This document shows positions 9,725 to 20,415 of a stretch of DNA of 64,000 nt, piece by piece. Under the pieces are notes generated by a model. It had not been told where the DNA came from and did not search any database. It was given only the letters and a program-made list of their open reading frames with translations. This DNA is from Polyangiales bacterium (GTDB lineage Bacteria; Myxococcota_A; Polyangia; Polyangiales; Polyangiaceae). The translations under genes were made by a program, and so were the position numbers. The stretch lies in the NCBI GenBank assembly GCA_038231275.1, contig JBBRLQ010000038.1:1-64000 (forward strand). The letters run 5' to 3'. Every line of letters begins with the position of its first letter. Position 1 is the first letter of the stretch.

Positions 9725-11512
9725 TCACGCCGCGACGGGGACCTTGTCGGTCGGATCGTTGAAACGCCGCTCCGCGCCCTGCCAGCCACCGAGGATCACC
9801 CGACGATTGGTGACCTCCCCCGCGAGGCGCCGAACCAGCGCGACGGCCCCGTCACGGCCAGGTAGCGAGGGGGACAGGCGAATGACTTTCTCGTCGGGGC
9901 GCCGTCCAGTGACCGGGCGCGCGAACGGCGCGACTTGCGGCAACCGCCCGGCCGCGTCGCTTCCGTCGTGTACGCGCACGAGCACCTCGGCGCGCGGCGC
10001 GAAGCCGGTGGCGGTGCGTGTCCACGCGATCGCGAGCTCGATGCCGACGAGGCCCGGCAACGACGCCTTCGGCAAAACGAGGAGGCGCAGCTCGTCGTGC
10101 ATCTCTCCGCCGATCGGCACGCGCGCCCACGGCGCCACGTCGAGGGACGGATCGCGCGACAGCGAGGCGAACGCGCGCGCGAGCAGCGGCGCCGGCGCAC
10201 GCGCGAGATCGGGAGGTAGCTGCACGAGCCGACCCGTCACGAAGAGCGGGACGAGGACGAGCGCGTCGATCGCGACGAGGTACGGCGCCTCTGGGCTCAG
10301 CGCGCGCGACGCGACGCACAGACCGCAGACGAGGAGCAGCGCCAGGAGAGCGGCGACCTTGCCGGCGCGTGTCCCGACATCGAGCCACTGGCCCGCTGTG
10401 TCCGGCTCGCGCAGCGCTTGCTTCGCGGGCAGCGCGATCCAGCGTCCAGGCCCACGCGGCGCGCGGCGCACGCGCGGCGTTCGAGATAGCGCGAGCGCCA
10501 TCGCCACCACGAGGACGAGCGCGCCGCGGGTCGTCCACCCCACGCATTCGAGCGCCACTCCGCCCGCCGCCACGACACCCGCGATCGCGCCAAGCATCGT
10601 CGGTGACAGAGGCATCAGCGGACGTGGCGTCGCCCCCGCACGCACGCACGCGCTCGCGAACGCCCGCATTTTTGCGCGCACGAGGCCCCCGAAGAGAAGC
10701 GCGACCGCCAAGAGTCCCGCCGCGAGCGCCGCTTCGTTCACGCGATTCGGCTCGGGCGGTGGCGGCGGCGGCGGCGGCCGGAGCTCCGGCGTGTGCACGC
10801 CGGGGAACGCCTTCGGATCGAGGCGCGCCGCCCACAGCGGAGACTCGCCACGCGCGACGTGCGGCCGCACCAGCTCGAGCTCGTCGGAATCGGCGGCGCG
10901 CCTCAGGCTCGCGACCACGCCGTCCTCGCCCCCTTCGCCGCTCCCTTCTTGCTCGGCCTGCGGCCTCGGCCCCGTCTTGAGCGCGCGCGGCTCGGTCGGC
11001 GCCGGCGGCACGTGCACGAGCACGCGCGCGTCGTCGTACCCCTCGGTCGCGAGCGGCGAGCGCCACGAGAGGCGCCACATCGCGCCGTCCTTCACCAGCT
11101 CCTTCGCGGCGATAAGGTCCACGTCGTAGTGGAGTCGAAACGTGTAGCTTCCACGCTTCAAGCCCTTCGTCTCGTCGACGGTCAAGCGCAGCGCGCCCTC
11201 GCCCTTCGCCTCGACGTGCGCCGGAAACTCGCGGCCGTCGTCGGCCGTGACGGTCGCGTCGGGCGCGAGGACCGCGTTCTTCTCGAATCCGGTCAGATCG
11301 ATCTGCCGCAGCGGCCCCATCACCACGCGGTACCGGAGCGCGTGCTCGACGCGCGCGAGGCCGGCGCCATCAATCGCCACCCGGACGTCGTCGCCGATCG
11401 CATGCCACTCCGTCCACTTCGCCACGCCCCCCGCTGCCCGCGCACCGCCCGCCGCCAGCAATGCAGACAAGAGGAGGGACGCGCCGAGAAGGGCACGGAG
11501 ACGCAAGGCCAT
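9725..11512 (-). CDS. Hypothetical membrane protein with an exported N-terminal domain
   Basis: Signal peptide (..AARA), soluble beta-rich domain, poly-Pro linker, about 5 hydrophobic helices, C-terminal soluble domain. Confidence 0.75.
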   Translation of the reverse strand: MALRLRALLGASLLLSALLAAGGARAAGGVAKWTEWHAIGDDVRVAIDGAGLARVEHALRYRVVMGPLRQIDLTGFEKNAVLAPDATVTADDGREFPAHVEAKGEGALRLTVDETKGLKRGSYTFRLHYDVDLIAAKELVKDGAMWRLSWRSPLATEGYDDARVLVHVPPAPTEPRALKTGPRPQAEQEGSGEGGEDGVVASLRRAADSDELELVRPHVARGESPLWAARLDPKAFPGVHTPELRPPPPPPPPEPNRVNEAALAAGLLAVALLFGGLVRAKMRAFASACVRAGATPRPLMPLSPTMLGAIAGVVAAGGVALECVGWTTRGALVLVVAMALALSRTPRVRRAPRGPGRWIALPAKQALREPDTAGQWLDVGTRAGKVAALLALLLVCGLCVASRALSPEAPYLVAIDALVLVPLFVTGRLVQLPPDLARAPAPLLARAFASLSRDPSLDVAPWARVPIGGEMHDELRLLVLPKASLPGLVGIELAIAWTRTATGFAPRAEVLVRVHDGSDAAGRLPQVAPFARPVTGRRPDEKVIRLSPSLPGRDGAVALVRRLAGEVTNRRVILGGWQGAERRFNDPTDKVPVAA

Positions 11513-11629
11513 GTCCTACATGTACTTACCTTGCGCAATCCGGCAAAAAAACGGGCAAAGAGGCGTCCGAGGACACCCTCGGGGCGGCTGGGACAGTCTC
11601 GGCGATCCCCAACTCCTCGACGTTGTTAT

Positions 11630-11645
11630 CGGCACGCGCGCTGCA
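11630..11645 (+). promoter_or_regulatory. Sigma54 (-24/-12) promoter motif
   Basis: CGGCAC-GCGCG-CTGCA, 13 nt before the ATG at 11659. Confidence 0.55.
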
Positions 11646-11658
11646 CAACGAAACGGCG

Positions 11659-12252
11659 ATGCCCCATACTGAGGTCATGCACGACGTCGCCAACGCTTCG
11701 CTCGGCCCGCACACGTGGTGCGAGTTCGTCGCGCTTCCCGACGACGATCGCCGCGAGCTCCTCGATGGAGAGCTCGTGGAGACCGAGATGCCGAACGAAG
11801 CGCACGAGTACCTCGTCGCGATGCTGTGCCACTTCCTCGTGACGTGGGCGCGGGATCACGGCGCCCGCGCCTTCGCGTCAGGCTACAAGCTCAAGATCAG
11901 CGAGCGGCGAGGCATCATGCCGGACGTTCAGCTATTCCGCGCCGACAACCCACGCCGTGCCGAGAACGCGAAGGGCACGGAGGTGGGTCGCCCCGATCTC
12001 GCCGTCGAGATCATCAGTCCCAAGCGCGCAAGCTACGATCGCGTCGTCAAGCTCGGCTACTACGCCTCCGCGGGCGTGCCGGAGTACTGGATCGTCGACC
12101 CCGAGGCGCGGACCCTCGAGCGCCTCGTCCTCCGAGACGGCGAGTACGCGATCGCGGACTCGCTCGCCGAGCACGGCATCTTCCTCCCCGCGACGTTCGA
12201 AGGTCTCACGATCCCGCTCGCCGACCTCTGGTTGCCAGCGGCCGACGAGTAG
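11659..12252 (+). CDS. Uma2 family (PD-(D/E)XK-like) endonuclease
   Basis: RRELLDGELV, MPDV, PDLAVEIISP, KLGYYASAGVPEYWIVDP. Confidence 0.9.
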   Translation: MPHTEVMHDVANASLGPHTWCEFVALPDDDRRELLDGELVETEMPNEAHEYLVAMLCHFLVTWARDHGARAFASGYKLKISERRGIMPDVQLFRADNPRRAENAKGTEVGRPDLAVEIISPKRASYDRVVKLGYYASAGVPEYWIVDPEARTLERLVLRDGEYAIADSLAEHGIFLPATFEGLTIPLADLWLPAADE

Positions 12253-12261
12253 AACAGAAGA

Positions 12262-14247
12262 CTAAAACCGCTTCATCGCGAGCTTCACGATGTCCTCGAC
12301 CGCCGCGCGCGGCACCTTGCCGGTCACGACGAACGAGCCGGCGACGCCCTTCGCCTCTGCGCGCGTCGTGAAGAGGATCGGCGTCGCGCCTTGCGCCTGC
12401 GTGTTCGCGAGGCCTTCGAAGAGCGGGCCGTGCGGGACCTTCGTTCCGCCGACGACGTAGCGGAACGGCGACGGCGCGAGGAGGCCACGCGCGGAGACGA
12501 AGCCGCCGGAGCTGACCTTCGTGTCCTTGAGCGCGTCGAGCTCGGCGCGCTTCGCGAGCGTGCCGCCGTCCGGCGCGCCGGGGAGGACGGCCTTTGCCTT
12601 GGCGATCGCGAGATCGAGATCCGCGGCCAGGACGATCCACGTCTTGCCGGCGTCGGGTACCGCGAGGACGTGGATCGCGCGCGGCTTGGCCGGCCCCGCC
12701 TTCACCGGCACGGGGGCCGGTGCGGCCTTCGGTTTGCCGCCCGGCGGAACCGGCGCCGGCGACGTCTCGGCGGCGTCATTCACGGTGATTTCCATGTGCA
12801 GCGTGTCCGCCGGTAGGCCCGCGGTCTTGGGCGCCGGCGTGATCTTCGCCGACGGCGGCGGCGCGCCGTGCAGCTCGCCCTTCGCCCACTTCACGAGGCC
12901 CGGCCGCGCGAGCGCGTTCGACAGATCTTTCGCGACCTGCGACACCTTCGCGATCGGCTCGGCGGTCTGCACCACAGACCACCCCCCGAGCGCCGACATG
13001 AACGCGGTCTCCGCGTCTTTGCGGCCCGCGTCCTTCGCGCGATCGAGCTCGCCCCGCGCCTTGTCGATGCGCGCCATGTCCAGGCCCTTGGCGTACACGA
13101 TGGGTGCAGTATGCAAGTCGAGGTAGCGGAGCACCGGATCGACGAGCGCCTTTCGATCGGCCTCGGGGAGGCTCTGCTTCTCCAGCGCGGCGAGGAGGAC
13201 GCCTTGCGCCAGCTCCCTCGCGTGCGCGATGTCACGCGCCTCGATGCCGCGCGTGTAGTACGCGACGTCCGCGTCGATGGGGACGTGCCAGAACGCGGGC
13301 GGCGGCGTGTCGGCGCGCTCGGGGTGCGCGAGGGCGAGGCGTGACAGCACCGCGGACGTGCCGCCGAACGACGCGCTCATCGTCGCGTCGGCGCCGGAGT
13401 CGGCGAGCGTCACGTCGAAGGTGAGCGCCTCCAGGTCGTTCGTGAAATCCGCGACGTCGCCCACCGCGGCGTCCACCGCCTGGCTGACGACCTGCGAGCC
13501 GCTGCGCATGTCGAGCACGCGCCCGAGGAGCATCGGCAGCATGCCGCGGAACTGCTTCACGATCGGGCGCACCGGCGCCATCTTGAGCTCGACGTGCAGA
13601 TCGGAGGGGAACGCGTCGCGCGGCGCCGAACGCGCGAGCCAAGGCTCCAGCGTCTCCGACCCCGCGCTGCTGTCCGCGCAGATGATGCGCGTCGACGCGG
13701 CGCCGAACGACGGCGTCAAGTCGCACACGTGCTCGTCGCCGCCGCCGAGGCCGCCGATGCGCAGCGCGCCGTTGCTGCCGGACGACAGCTTGTACTTGTC
13801 GCCGAGGAGGCCGCGCACCTCGTCGAGCGATCTCACGGCGGCGCTCACGGCCACCTGCGGATCGGGCGAGCGCGCGTCGCCGCCAAGCAGGATCGCGACG
13901 TCGATTGGCTGCGAGAGGTCGAGGATCTTCCCGACCGCCGCGCCGCTCACGAGCTCGGCCAGCACCTCGGCGCCGGGCATCGGCAGCTGCGTCCAGCCAC
14001 CCACGGTCTTCAGCGCCGCCTCCGGCTTGTTGAGGCGCGCAAAGACCACCATCGCCTCGGGCCGCGGAACGGCCGAGAGATCCGTGGGCGGCGCCGCCGG
14101 CTCCGAAACCACCGGCTTCGACGTAGTCGCTGCCGGCGCAGCGGGTGGCGGCGGGCTGCCGCACGCGGCGACGACGACCACCGCGAGGGCGAGAGCGTAG
14201 GGGGACGAGCGAAAGATGGACGAGGCGGACGAGGCGGCCATGCGCAT
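12262..14247 (-). CDS. Hypothetical lipoprotein
   Basis: Hydrophobic stretch with lipobox VVAAC, then a Pro-rich linker; start chosen from the adjacent TATGCT box. Confidence 0.75.
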   Translation of the reverse strand: MRMAASSASSIFRSSPYALALAVVVVAACGSPPPPAAPAATTSKPVVSEPAAPPTDLSAVPRPEAMVVFARLNKPEAALKTVGGWTQLPMPGAEVLAELVSGAAVGKILDLSQPIDVAILLGGDARSPDPQVAVSAAVRSLDEVRGLLGDKYKLSSGSNGALRIGGLGGGDEHVCDLTPSFGAASTRIICADSSAGSETLEPWLARSAPRDAFPSDLHVELKMAPVRPIVKQFRGMLPMLLGRVLDMRSGSQVVSQAVDAAVGDVADFTNDLEALTFDVTLADSGADATMSASFGGTSAVLSRLALAHPERADTPPPAFWHVPIDADVAYYTRGIEARDIAHARELAQGVLLAALEKQSLPEADRKALVDPVLRYLDLHTAPIVYAKGLDMARIDKARGELDRAKDAGRKDAETAFMSALGGWSVVQTAEPIAKVSQVAKDLSNALARPGLVKWAKGELHGAPPPSAKITPAPKTAGLPADTLHMEITVNDAAETSPAPVPPGGKPKAAPAPVPVKAGPAKPRAIHVLAVPDAGKTWIVLAADLDLAIAKAKAVLPGAPDGGTLAKRAELDALKDTKVSSGGFVSARGLLAPSPFRYVVGGTKVPHGPLFEGLANTQAQGATPILFTTRAEAKGVAGSFVVTGKVPRAAVEDIVKLAMKRF

Positions 14248-14336
14248 CGGCCGAGCATACGCGACGGAAAGTCGCAAGCTAGCCCCTACCTGCTTCTTGT
14301 GGTGTCGTGGACGACTCGAAAGACGCCGGAAAAGAG

Positions 14337-16406
14337 ATGTCTTCGTTTCCGCTGAACCCTGCACAAAAAGAGGCCGTGGAGCACCACGTCGGGCCGCTCC
14401 TGGTCCTCGCCGGCGCCGGCTCCGGCAAGACGCGCGTGATCACGCAACGCATCGCTCGCCTCGTCGAGCGCGGCGTGCCCCCGCGGGCCATCGTCGCCCT
14501 GACGTTCACGAACAAGGCGGCCGGCGAGATGGCCGAGCGAATCGGCGAGCAGATGAAGGCGCTGGGCAACCCGCTCGCGGCCAAGCAGCTCACGATCTGC
14601 ACGTTCCACTCGTTCGGCCTCCAGGTGCTCACGCGCGATCGCGCGGCGGTCGGCGGCACGTTCACGATCTTCGATCAGGGCGACTGCCTCGCCGCGGTCA
14701 AAGACATCATGAGCCGCATGGACGCGGCGGGCCGCAAGTTCGACGCGAGCGCCATCCTCGCGCGAATCTCCAACGCGAAGAACGCCTTCCAGAGCCCGGA
14801 GACCTTCGAGGCGCGCGAGGGCGACTCCTACGACGAGGTCACCAAGCTCGTCTACCCGCGCTACGAGGCCGCGCTCAAGAATTTCCGAGCGTTCGACTTC
14901 GACGATCTCGTGTGCGGCGTCGCCCGCCTGTGGCAAGAGCGCCCCGACATCCTCGCCAAGTGGCGCGAGCGGTTCCGTTACCTCTTGGTCGACGAGTACC
15001 AAGACACGAACCGCTCGCAGCTCCAGGTGCTGCGCATGCTCGCCGAGCCGCACCACAACATCTGCGTCGTCGGCGACGACGACCAGTCCATTTACGCATG
15101 GCGCGGCGCTGACGTGCGCAACATCCTCGACTTCGAGGAGCACTTCGCGGGCGCCAAGGTCATCAAGCTCGAGCAAAACTACCGCTCTCGAAAGCCCGTC
15201 CTCGACGTCGCGAACGCGGTCATCTCGAAGCGCCCCGGCGTGAAGCACCGCAAGGTCCTCTTCACCGCGCGCGAGGGCGGCCAGAAGGTCCTCATCGGCG
15301 TGGCGTCGACGCCGGAGGCCGAGGCCGCGTACATCGGCCGCGAGATCTTCCGCATCATTCGCGAGGAGGGGCGGCGGCCGAAGGACTTCGCGATCCTCTA
15401 CCGCTCCAACGGGCAGTCCACCGCGCTGGAAGCGGCGCTGCGTGAACAAGGCGTCGCGCACAAGGTCGTGGGCGGCCAGCAGTTCTTCGAGCGCAAGGAG
15501 GTGAAGGATCTCCTCGCGTACCTGAAGTTGGCGCTGAACCGCGCCGACGAGATCGCGCTCCGGCGCATCGTGAACTATCCGCCGCGCGGCATCGGAGAGA
15601 CGAGCATCGAGCGCCTCACGCTGCACGCGACGGCGAAGAGCTGGAGCCTGTGGCAGGCGGTGGAGCGGGTGGACGCGCTCGACGACATCGCGCCGAGCGC
15701 GCGCGAAGGGTGCAAGCAGCTCGAGAAGGCGATCGGCGATCTGCGGCGAATGCTCCTCGTCGAGCGCATGCCGGCGAGCACCGCGGCGCGCGCCTTCGCC
15801 GAGAAAATTGGATTCAAGGCGGAGCTCGACACGACCTCCGGCTCTCCGCTCGCAGCGGCACGAAGGTGGGGGAACGTCGAGGCCCTCCTCCGCACCTTCG
15901 CCAAGCGCGAGGCGCGCGAGACCGCGAAGGGCAAGGACGCGACGCACGAACAGGCGCTCGCCGCGTTCCTCCATGCGCTCACGTTGAGCTTCGACGACGC
16001 CGAAGAGGCGCAGAGCGACGTCGTCATCCTCTCGACGCTCCACGGCAGCAAAGGCCTCGAGTTCGACGTCGTGTACTTCGTCGGGTGTGAAGAGGGCCTC
16101 ATCCCGCACGCGCGGACGCTCGACACGAAGGCCACCGACGCGACGCCCGACGCGAGCGACGTCGAGGAAGAGCGGCGCCTCTTCTACGTCGGCGTCACGC
16201 GCGCGCGTGAGCGCCTGACCATCCTGAGGTGCAAAGCCCGCGTGCTGCGAGGCAAGCCGATGCCGCGCACGCCGAGCCGCTTCCTCCTCGACATCCCCGA
16301 GGAGCTCTACGAAGGCTTCGAGGTCTCCGACGTGAGCCCCATGACCGCCGACGCGACGAACGAGAGCGCTGAGGCGCTGCTTGCGGCGCTCGACGCGCTG
16401 GGCTGA
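14337..16406 (+). CDS. UvrD/Rep/PcrA superfamily 1 DNA helicase (Rep-like)
   Basis: AGAGSGKT, TFTNKAA, VDEYQD, QNYRS, TLHGSKGLEF, EEERRLFYVGVTRAR. Confidence 0.95.
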   Translation: MSSFPLNPAQKEAVEHHVGPLLVLAGAGSGKTRVITQRIARLVERGVPPRAIVALTFTNKAAGEMAERIGEQMKALGNPLAAKQLTICTFHSFGLQVLTRDRAAVGGTFTIFDQGDCLAAVKDIMSRMDAAGRKFDASAILARISNAKNAFQSPETFEAREGDSYDEVTKLVYPRYEAALKNFRAFDFDDLVCGVARLWQERPDILAKWRERFRYLLVDEYQDTNRSQLQVLRMLAEPHHNICVVGDDDQSIYAWRGADVRNILDFEEHFAGAKVIKLEQNYRSRKPVLDVANAVISKRPGVKHRKVLFTAREGGQKVLIGVASTPEAEAAYIGREIFRIIREEGRRPKDFAILYRSNGQSTALEAALREQGVAHKVVGGQQFFERKEVKDLLAYLKLALNRADEIALRRIVNYPPRGIGETSIERLTLHATAKSWSLWQAVERVDALDDIAPSAREGCKQLEKAIGDLRRMLLVERMPASTAARAFAEKIGFKAELDTTSGSPLAAARRWGNVEALLRTFAKREARETAKGKDATHEQALAAFLHALTLSFDDAEEAQSDVVILSTLHGSKGLEFDVVYFVGCEEGLIPHARTLDTKATDATPDASDVEEERRLFYVGVTRARERLTILRCKARVLRGKPMPRTPSRFLLDIPEELYEGFEVSDVSPMTADATNESAEALLAALDALG

Positions 16407-16416
16407 AGCGAGCCCG

Positions 16417-17601
16417 TCAGATGGCGGCGAGCGCCTGCGCGAGATCAGCGGCCAGATCCGCGGTGTCCTCGACTCCTGCAGCGTAGCGGACGAGCCCTTC
16501 TTCGATACCGACCGCCGCGCGCTCGTCCGGCGTGAGCTCGTAGTAGCTCATGAGCGCGGGCGGCTCGACCAGGGACTCGACGCCACCGAAGCTCGGCGCG
16601 ATCCGCGGGATACGAAGGGCGTCGACGAGGGCGCGCGCCGCGGGAAGTCCCCCCTTGCACACGAACGAGACGACGCCGCCGAAGCCCTTCATCTGCTTCG
16701 CGGCGATCCCGTGGTCGGCGTGCGACGCGAGGCCCGGGTAGAAGACGCGCTCGATCTTCGGGTTCGCCTCGAGGAGGCGCGCCAGGGCGAGACCCGTCGC
16801 GTTGCTCCGCTCGACGCGGAGGCCGAGCGTCTTCATCCCGCGGGACACCAGCCACGCCGCGTGCGGATCGCACACGCCCCCCAGGACGGCGCGCAGCTCG
16901 CGGACCTTCGAGACGAGACCCTCGCTCCCCGAGACGAAGCCAGCGAGGACATCGTTGTGACCGGCCACGTATTTCGTCGCGCTCTGGACGACCAAATCGA
17001 TCCCGAGGGCGGCGGGGCGGCAGTTGATCGGCGAGGCGAAGGTCGCGTCGATCATCGTCTTGACGGTGCGGTGCCCTTTCACGATCTTCGCGAGGGCCTC
17101 GAGATCGACGCACGAGAGGTGCGGATTCGTCGGCGATTCGCCGAGGACGAGACGCGTCTCGGGGCGAATGGCGGCGGCCAGCGCGTCGAGATTGCGGGCG
17201 TCGACGATCGTGTGCGTGACGCCGAAGCGCGCGAGCACTTGCGTGACGAGCTGCCGCGTCTGCCTGTAACCGTCCTGGAAGAGGACGACGTGCTGCCCGG
17301 CTTTCGTCAGCGCGAGGACCGTCGTGCTGATCGCGGCCATGCCGCTCGCGAACACCGCGCTGTCCTCCGCCCCTTCGAGCGACGCCATCGCGCGCTCGGC
17401 GGCGCGGCACGTCGGGTTGCCGTACCGTCCGTACTCCTGGCGATCTTCACGCGGATGGTTTCCGGTGACGAACTGCTCGAGCTCGCGCGTGTCGGCGAAC
17501 GAGTACGTCGACGTCTGGACCACCGGCGTGGCGATCGCGTCGTACGGCTCGGCCCGCGCTTCACCGGCGTGAACGGCCTCGGTCGACGACGCCGTCTTCA
17601 C
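16417..17601 (-). CDS. Cys/Met metabolism PLP enzyme (cystathionine gamma-synthase/lyase family)
   Basis: YGRYGNPT, FASGMAAI, ESPTNP, SATKYVAGHND, SFGGVESL; GTG start overlaps the upstream stop (GTGA). Confidence 0.9.
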   Translation of the reverse strand: MKTASSTEAVHAGEARAEPYDAIATPVVQTSTYSFADTRELEQFVTGNHPREDRQEYGRYGNPTCRAAERAMASLEGAEDSAVFASGMAAISTTVLALTKAGQHVVLFQDGYRQTRQLVTQVLARFGVTHTIVDARNLDALAAAIRPETRLVLGESPTNPHLSCVDLEALAKIVKGHRTVKTMIDATFASPINCRPAALGIDLVVQSATKYVAGHNDVLAGFVSGSEGLVSKVRELRAVLGGVCDPHAAWLVSRGMKTLGLRVERSNATGLALARLLEANPKIERVFYPGLASHADHGIAAKQMKGFGGVVSFVCKGGLPAARALVDALRIPRIAPSFGGVESLVEPPALMSYYELTPDERAAVGIEEGLVRYAAGVEDTADLAADLAQALAAI

Positions 17602-18305
17602 GCGACCTCGGGGGCGATGCTCGGCAGCACGGCATCGGCGAGCTTGCGCCGCGATTTGAGAAAAAAGTGATCGGAGCCCTCGAACACCTTCAGGCTCGCG
17701 CCGAGATCCTTGGCGAGCACCTCGGCCTCTGCGACATCGCAGAACTCGTCCTGGTCGCCGAGGAAGATGGCGATGCGCCCTTGGAACGTGGCCGCGTCCT
17801 CGCGGACGAAATCGAAGATGCGAACGGCGGGGGCCACCAGCGTGACGCGCTCGACGCCGCCCTCGGTCGCCGCGGCGCGGAGGCCTACCCATGTGCCGAA
17901 CGAGTACCCGCACACGGTCACCTTCGCGCGCGGACATCGTCGGCGAAGGTCTCGGATCGCCGCGCGTGCGTCGGCCATCTCGCCAACGCCGTCGCCGTAC
18001 TTTCCCTCGCTCGCGCCGACGCCGCGGTAGTTGAACCGGAGCGTCGCGACGCGATCGCCGCCCTTCTCGGCGACGACCTTCGCGATCGCGAGGACGACGG
18101 CGCTGTGCATCGTGCCGCCGTAGAGCGGGTGCGGGTGGCAGAGAACGATCGCGCGCTCGGCGTCGGCGTTCCCGCGGACGCGCGCCTCGAGCGACGGCTC
18201 GCCCGGGAGTCCCGCGAGCGTCACGAGCTCCTCTCCTGCGACGGTCGCAGGCGGCGACACCTCGGGGCGCGCGGGCGGCGGGGGAAGATCGTGGGTTTTC
18301 GCCAT
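17598..18305 (-). CDS. Alpha/beta hydrolase
   Basis: HPHPLYGGTM, RFNYRGVGASEG, nucleophile elbow GYSFG, DHFF. Confidence 0.9.
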   Translation of the reverse strand: MAKTHDLPPPPARPEVSPPATVAGEELVTLAGLPGEPSLEARVRGNADAERAIVLCHPHPLYGGTMHSAVVLAIAKVVAEKGGDRVATLRFNYRGVGASEGKYGDGVGEMADARAAIRDLRRRCPRAKVTVCGYSFGTWVGLRAAATEGGVERVTLVAPAVRIFDFVREDAATFQGRIAIFLGDQDEFCDVAEAEVLAKDLGASLKVFEGSDHFFLKSRRKLADAVLPSIAPEVA

Positions 18306-18343
18306 CGGGGAGGACCGAGGCCGGTGATAGCCTCGCCGGCACG

Positions 18344-19855
18344 GTGACGCAAACCCTCGAAGACACCTACAACGACGTCCCCTACGAGGGACAGAGCTTC
18401 CCGCAATCGCACCCCGATCGCCTGGCAACGCTCGCACGCCTGCGCGGAATCGACGCCGCACCCATCACGAGCGCGCGCGTCCTCGAGATCGGCTGCGGCC
18501 CCGCCGGCAACCTCGCGCCGATGGCAGAGTCACTCCCTGGCGCGCGCTTCGTCGGCATCGACATCGCAAAGAAGCACGTCGAGCTGGGGGCGGAGCGCAT
18601 CGCGGCCGCGGGGATCGGCAACGTCGAGCTTCGTCAGGCCGATCTCACCGAGGTCGGCGATTCCCTTGGCACCTTCGATTACGTCATCGCGCATGGGGTC
18701 TACTCGTGGGTTCCTCCGCACGTGGCCGATCATCTCCTCGCGCTCGTCGCGCGGAGCTTGTCGCCGAACGGTGTCGCGTACGTCAGCTACAACACGCTGC
18801 CCGGCTGGTATGGCCGCGGCGTAATCCGCGATCTGATGCGCTTTCACGCCGACGCCACAAGCGCGATGGCCACCCGCGTCGAGCGCGGCCGCGAAGCGCT
18901 GACCTGGCTGAAAGAGACGCTGCCCGACGGTGGTCGCTACGCTCAACCGCTCGTCCAAGACATCGCCAACATCACGAAGGACACCGACTGGTACCTCGCG
19001 CACGAGCTCATGTGCGAGGACAACCACCCCGCCTATTTCGCCGAGCTCGTCACGCGCGCCGCGAAGCATGGGCTCCGGTACGTCGACGACGCGAGCCCCG
19101 AGATCACTGCCGAGCACGGCGCGACGCCGCTCGCTGCCAAGGCCCGCGACCAAGGTGCCGGCGATCCGATCCGCGCCGAGCAGTACTTCGATTTCCTCCA
19201 CGGGCGAACGTTCCGACGCGCGATCCTGTGCCGCGCGTCCGTCGACGTCGCGCGGAGCACGTCCGCCCTGATCGTTGACGAGCTGCGCGTGAGCTCGCGC
19301 CTCGAGCCGACGAAGCCGGATCCCGACATCAAGCGCCGTGCACAGGTCGCGTTCTCCGGAGTGAACGGGGAGATCGTATGCGACCATCCCCTGACCAAGG
19401 CCGCCCTCGTGCACCTCGCCGAAGTCGCTCCCGGGTCGCTGCCATTTCCCGAGCTGATCGCCGCCGCGCGCACGCGCCTTGGCGACGCGAAGGCATCCGA
19501 TCGCGATGTCGATCTGCTGCGGCGGTTCCTCCTCCGTTCGTTTCTGACGACGGGGAGCAATACGATCGAGCTTCGCACGTTCCAGGCGCAGATGGTGTCG
19601 CGCGCTGGCGAGCGGCCGGCGGTCACCGCGTGGGCGCGCGAGGAGAGCAAGCGGCACATTCGCGTGACGTCGATGCGGCACGAAGGGATCGTCCTCGACG
19701 ACACCCTCCGTATGCTGATCCCATTGCTCGACGGGACACGGACGGAAGCGGAGCTCCTCGAAGGTTGGACGCGCGCGAGGGGGCGTTCGTTCCTGCCGAA
19801 CGCGATGAGCGCGGCGCTCGGCGCGCTCGCCAAGAGCGCTCTCCTCGTTCGGTAA
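18344..19855 (+). CDS. Class I SAM methyltransferase with methyltransferase regulatory domain (PKMT-like)
   Basis: YNDVPY, VLEIGCG, FDYVIAHGVYSWVP, YVSYNTLPGW, EQYFDFLHGRTFRRAILC, LLDGTRT. Confidence 0.88.
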   Translation: MTQTLEDTYNDVPYEGQSFPQSHPDRLATLARLRGIDAAPITSARVLEIGCGPAGNLAPMAESLPGARFVGIDIAKKHVELGAERIAAAGIGNVELRQADLTEVGDSLGTFDYVIAHGVYSWVPPHVADHLLALVARSLSPNGVAYVSYNTLPGWYGRGVIRDLMRFHADATSAMATRVERGREALTWLKETLPDGGRYAQPLVQDIANITKDTDWYLAHELMCEDNHPAYFAELVTRAAKHGLRYVDDASPEITAEHGATPLAAKARDQGAGDPIRAEQYFDFLHGRTFRRAILCRASVDVARSTSALIVDELRVSSRLEPTKPDPDIKRRAQVAFSGVNGEIVCDHPLTKAALVHLAEVAPGSLPFPELIAAARTRLGDAKASDRDVDLLRRFLLRSFLTTGSNTIELRTFQAQMVSRAGERPAVTAWAREESKRHIRVTSMRHEGIVLDDTLRMLIPLLDGTRTEAELLEGWTRARGRSFLPNAMSAALGALAKSALLVR

Positions 19856-19920
19856 CTACGCTCCATCCTTCAAGTGGGTCGCGCCAGCCGTTTCCCCGCC
19901 ACGGTCAAACGACTTCTGCT

Positions 19921-20415
19921 CTAGGCGCCGCGGCTGACGGGAACGAGCGCCGTCGGAACGGCTGCCAGCCCGAGCGCCAAGCCCATCGCGGCGATCCCGC
20001 CCACGCCGACGAGCACGCACCCGAGGGCACCGGCGAGCGCGGCGACGAAGGACGCGACGAGGACGAACTCGAGCTTCTTGGCAGCGCGCGTGCGGGCGAC
20101 GGCTCCGAGGGCGAGGCCGGCGGCGATCCCGGCCGCGACGCACGCCGCAGGGACGGGGCACGCGATCGGGACGAGGCACGCGAACACGCCGCCTGCGAAG
20201 CCCGCCTTGGCCGCCGTCCCGAGCACGCCGCCGCGCCAGGTGAAGTAGACGAGGAGCGCCGACAACGCCGCGGCCATCGCGACCACCGCGTCTCGGCGGA
20301 CGCAGGAGCTGCACGACACATAGGCGAGGAGCGCCGGGGGAAGCGCCCACGGCAACGCCCCGCGCAGACGCCCGAGCTCGTAGGCGCGACGGACGCGCGC
20401 GAGGGGATCACTCAT
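19921..20415 (-). CDS. Cys-containing integral membrane protein, candidate anti-sigma factor
   Basis: MSDPLARVRRAYELGRL followed by about 5 TM helices with 6 Cys; overlaps the ECF gene by 8 bp. Confidence 0.75.
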   Translation of the reverse strand: MSDPLARVRRAYELGRLRGALPWALPPALLAYVSCSSCVRRDAVVAMAAALSALLVYFTWRGGVLGTAAKAGFAGGVFACLVPIACPVPAACVAAGIAAGLALGAVARTRAAKKLEFVLVASFVAALAGALGCVLVGVGGIAAMGLALGLAAVPTALVPVSRGA

